Positions 61,730-64,000 of a DNA stretch of 64,000 bases are shown piece after piece. Source of the DNA: Catajapyx aquilonaris (lineage: Eukaryota); assembly GCA_000934665.2 (NCBI GenBank), contig KZ538072.1:1-64000 (forward strand), read 5' to 3'. The notes beneath the pieces are model-generated. The model saw nothing but the letters and a program-made list of their open reading frames with translations. It was not told the DNA's origin and ran no database searches. A program made the position numbers and the translations under genes. The first letter of the stretch is position 1. Every line of letters begins with the position of its first letter.

Positions 61730-63652
61730 CTTCAAGCTAGAGAAAACAAAAACCTTTTAGAATCACTATCACATCAAACCACATCATGCCATCACACAAA
61801 TAGGGGAGGCTGCTGCCCTCTTTCAACCTACTAGCTGCTACATTATATGCAGGGAAAGTGAATATCATGACTACAACATTAGCACAACTTACTTAGTATA
61901 CCTATCGTGCAAACTACTGTTCATTGATAAAACTTGTGTTATGCAAAAGGTACAAAATTGAAGCAGCACATTCAGTATACTGTGTCAGCATATCAGATAT
62001 GTGGATATATACCATGTGTTGCTTAATTGATCTCACATCCGCATCAGTGGAAATTTTGTAGACATACATTCCTGTAAACTCACCTTCAGGTTTGATGTGG
62101 AATCACGCATATTAGCCTATTAAATGCCTTTCCAACTGTACACAACTCACTGCCACACTTTCAAATGAGGTAGAGAAGCGAATGGGGAATGAGCATCATT
62201 GATATTTCTATCAATACGGATGTGAGCTCAGTTCGGCACATGTGGTACATTGGTCAACATGCACAGATTAGGGAACAGGTCAACCAGTCATGTAGTCTGA
62301 AGCAACAAACCCTACTACAGTAAGGTTTTAATAATAGACACATGTTTGTATCAATGCTCACAAAGTCTTTACCGTCAAATGATAGTACAAGTAGCTTCAT
62401 ACCAACTGGTAACTTTACCTACCAGATCATGCAGTGTCTATACTTAAATGTTACTGTACTAATCTGGTATTAATAATCGTGAGTGGCATCTTAGCAAGGT
62501 AAAAACAAATGCATCACTATTCACATTGGTCTTCATCACAGTATCAATACTTTGCAACCTACTTACCAATACTTATTTGGTGCTTTAGTTGGCACCATTT
62601 TTATAATAATGTTAATCAGCAAATGACATTATTAGACCACCACCTCATTTGAGATGTGGCATAGGTAGCCTACTTCCCATCAACACGTGTTCAGTGAATG
62701 TTAAGGAATGTTAAGTCAATGTGCTGAATGCCAATGTTCAATACCAATGTCAGTGAATGCTCAGCACTGGACATTAGATTGTTTGTCCTATGCCAAAGTT
62801 CTGGACATGTCAAGGGAATGTGGGAAAAGGCTCTTTCATTATGTCAAAAAAAACTAGGTGTATTCAGTATTGCCTTTGTCTCCTTTAAATTGTGGCTCTC
62901 ACACAATGCCATCTCATCTCACAATAAGAGGAATAACAGTCATACATCACATGCTATCTCAGATCTTATCATACACAGTCCATGTCAACTCCACACCTCT
63001 TGTTGAGCCACCCATTGCCTTCAATTATCATAATGGGGTGGTCATTGTGGGTAGCATTCTGATAAGACAATGGGTGGGAGCTACCTTTTAAAGGATATTT
63101 GACACTATAGGAGTACCTGTAGAAGGTGTTCATTTCAGTTAGCTGGCCCTATCGCCCTAAGATGCTTATTTTAAGCAGATTTTCGTTTGAATAGTTTTGG
63201 TTTTAGTGATTATCAACAGTATTATCTGGTAATATTACACTGAATGGAATCATCTATCCAAGCTATGAATTATTGCATTGAATTTCAGATTGTTACAATT
63301 GGCATCAAACGTATGGCCTGTTAGAACTGGCCCACCCCCTTTGTCCGACTCACCACGAATAAGACCAGTTTCTAAATAACTACTTTAAAATTACACTCAG
63401 TGCACAAGCACACCCAGATACACCCACACATACACCCTTACACAACACTCAACGTACAGTGCTATGGGGTCCATGGGTCCCTGAGACAACCCCTGGAAGA
63501 AGGCCCAACCAACCCACATACCCAAGCTTTTCCAGACCTACCCTCTCACAGCTTAATTCCAAAAATTACCAACTCAAATGACATTAACAGTGAAATTGTC
63601 GAGTGTCAAAAAATGTGACATACACTAAACATCCGAAGAGCAATGGCACATA

Positions 63653-64000
63653 CAGGGGTTAGACGAAATAATAGCGAACACCTGCAAAAAGCGGTTATCT
63701 TCGCGTCTAGCTGTTTTATTCGAAAACTGGAAAAGTTGCAAAGATGTCTTTTATCAGGTTATGAAGTTCCATCGATGTACATTTGTGGGAGTATGCAGAT
63801 AACACAAAAATCATGAGAGGGGGAGAGAAACAAAATACGAACGACACCCCCCCCNCCCCCCCCCCAGACCCCATTTTTACCAGTGTTCCAGGCTTGTCAT
63901 TTGAAAACCAAAATAGTTACGGATATGAACTTTACTGGGTTTGGAAGCTCTATCGATTTCACTTTGTTAGATATAAAGATGGACCAATAATCACGCGAGA
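63653..64000. mobile_element. Tc1-like terminus running out of the window
   Basis: TA followed by CAGGGGTTAGACGAAATAATAG, resembling a Tc1-type TIR start; no partner end in the window. Confidence 0.4.

Noticed and set aside
62007..62250. Degraded inverted repeat in the musashi upstream intron
   Set aside because: Too diverged to define ends; probably an old MITE

Overview
Eukaryotic, AT-rich genomic DNA, most likely from an arthropod (inferred from a Drosophila-type musashi gene, intronless divergent ionotropic receptors and arthropod-style SINEs/MITEs). Supported genes: NAD(P)H-hydrate epimerase (NAXE/APOA1BP, minus strand, 2 coding exons); a small 3-coding-exon gene for a secreted 56-aa Gly/His-rich peptide that the ORF track misses (18650-18960, plus); a tandem cluster of three intact intronless divergent ionotropic receptors plus one internally deleted IR pseudogene (20.3-38.9 kb, all plus); and musashi (minus, 3 coding exons, 52117-61729). 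Also present are a MITE-disrupted exon resembling the DNMT1 RFTS domain (13633-14034) and a probable decayed LRR-Ig gene (46.4-48.4 kb). The first ~32 kb is densely packed with nested transposons: piggyBac-, Tc1/mariner-, pogo-, hAT-, CMC- and Sola-like MITEs, a Ginger/KRBA2-type element, a Helentron-like remnant with a ~480-bp terminal hairpin, fold-back elements and four tRNA-SINE families. The musashi half is nearly free of recognisable elements. All homology calls come from motif recognition by eye; no database search was run.
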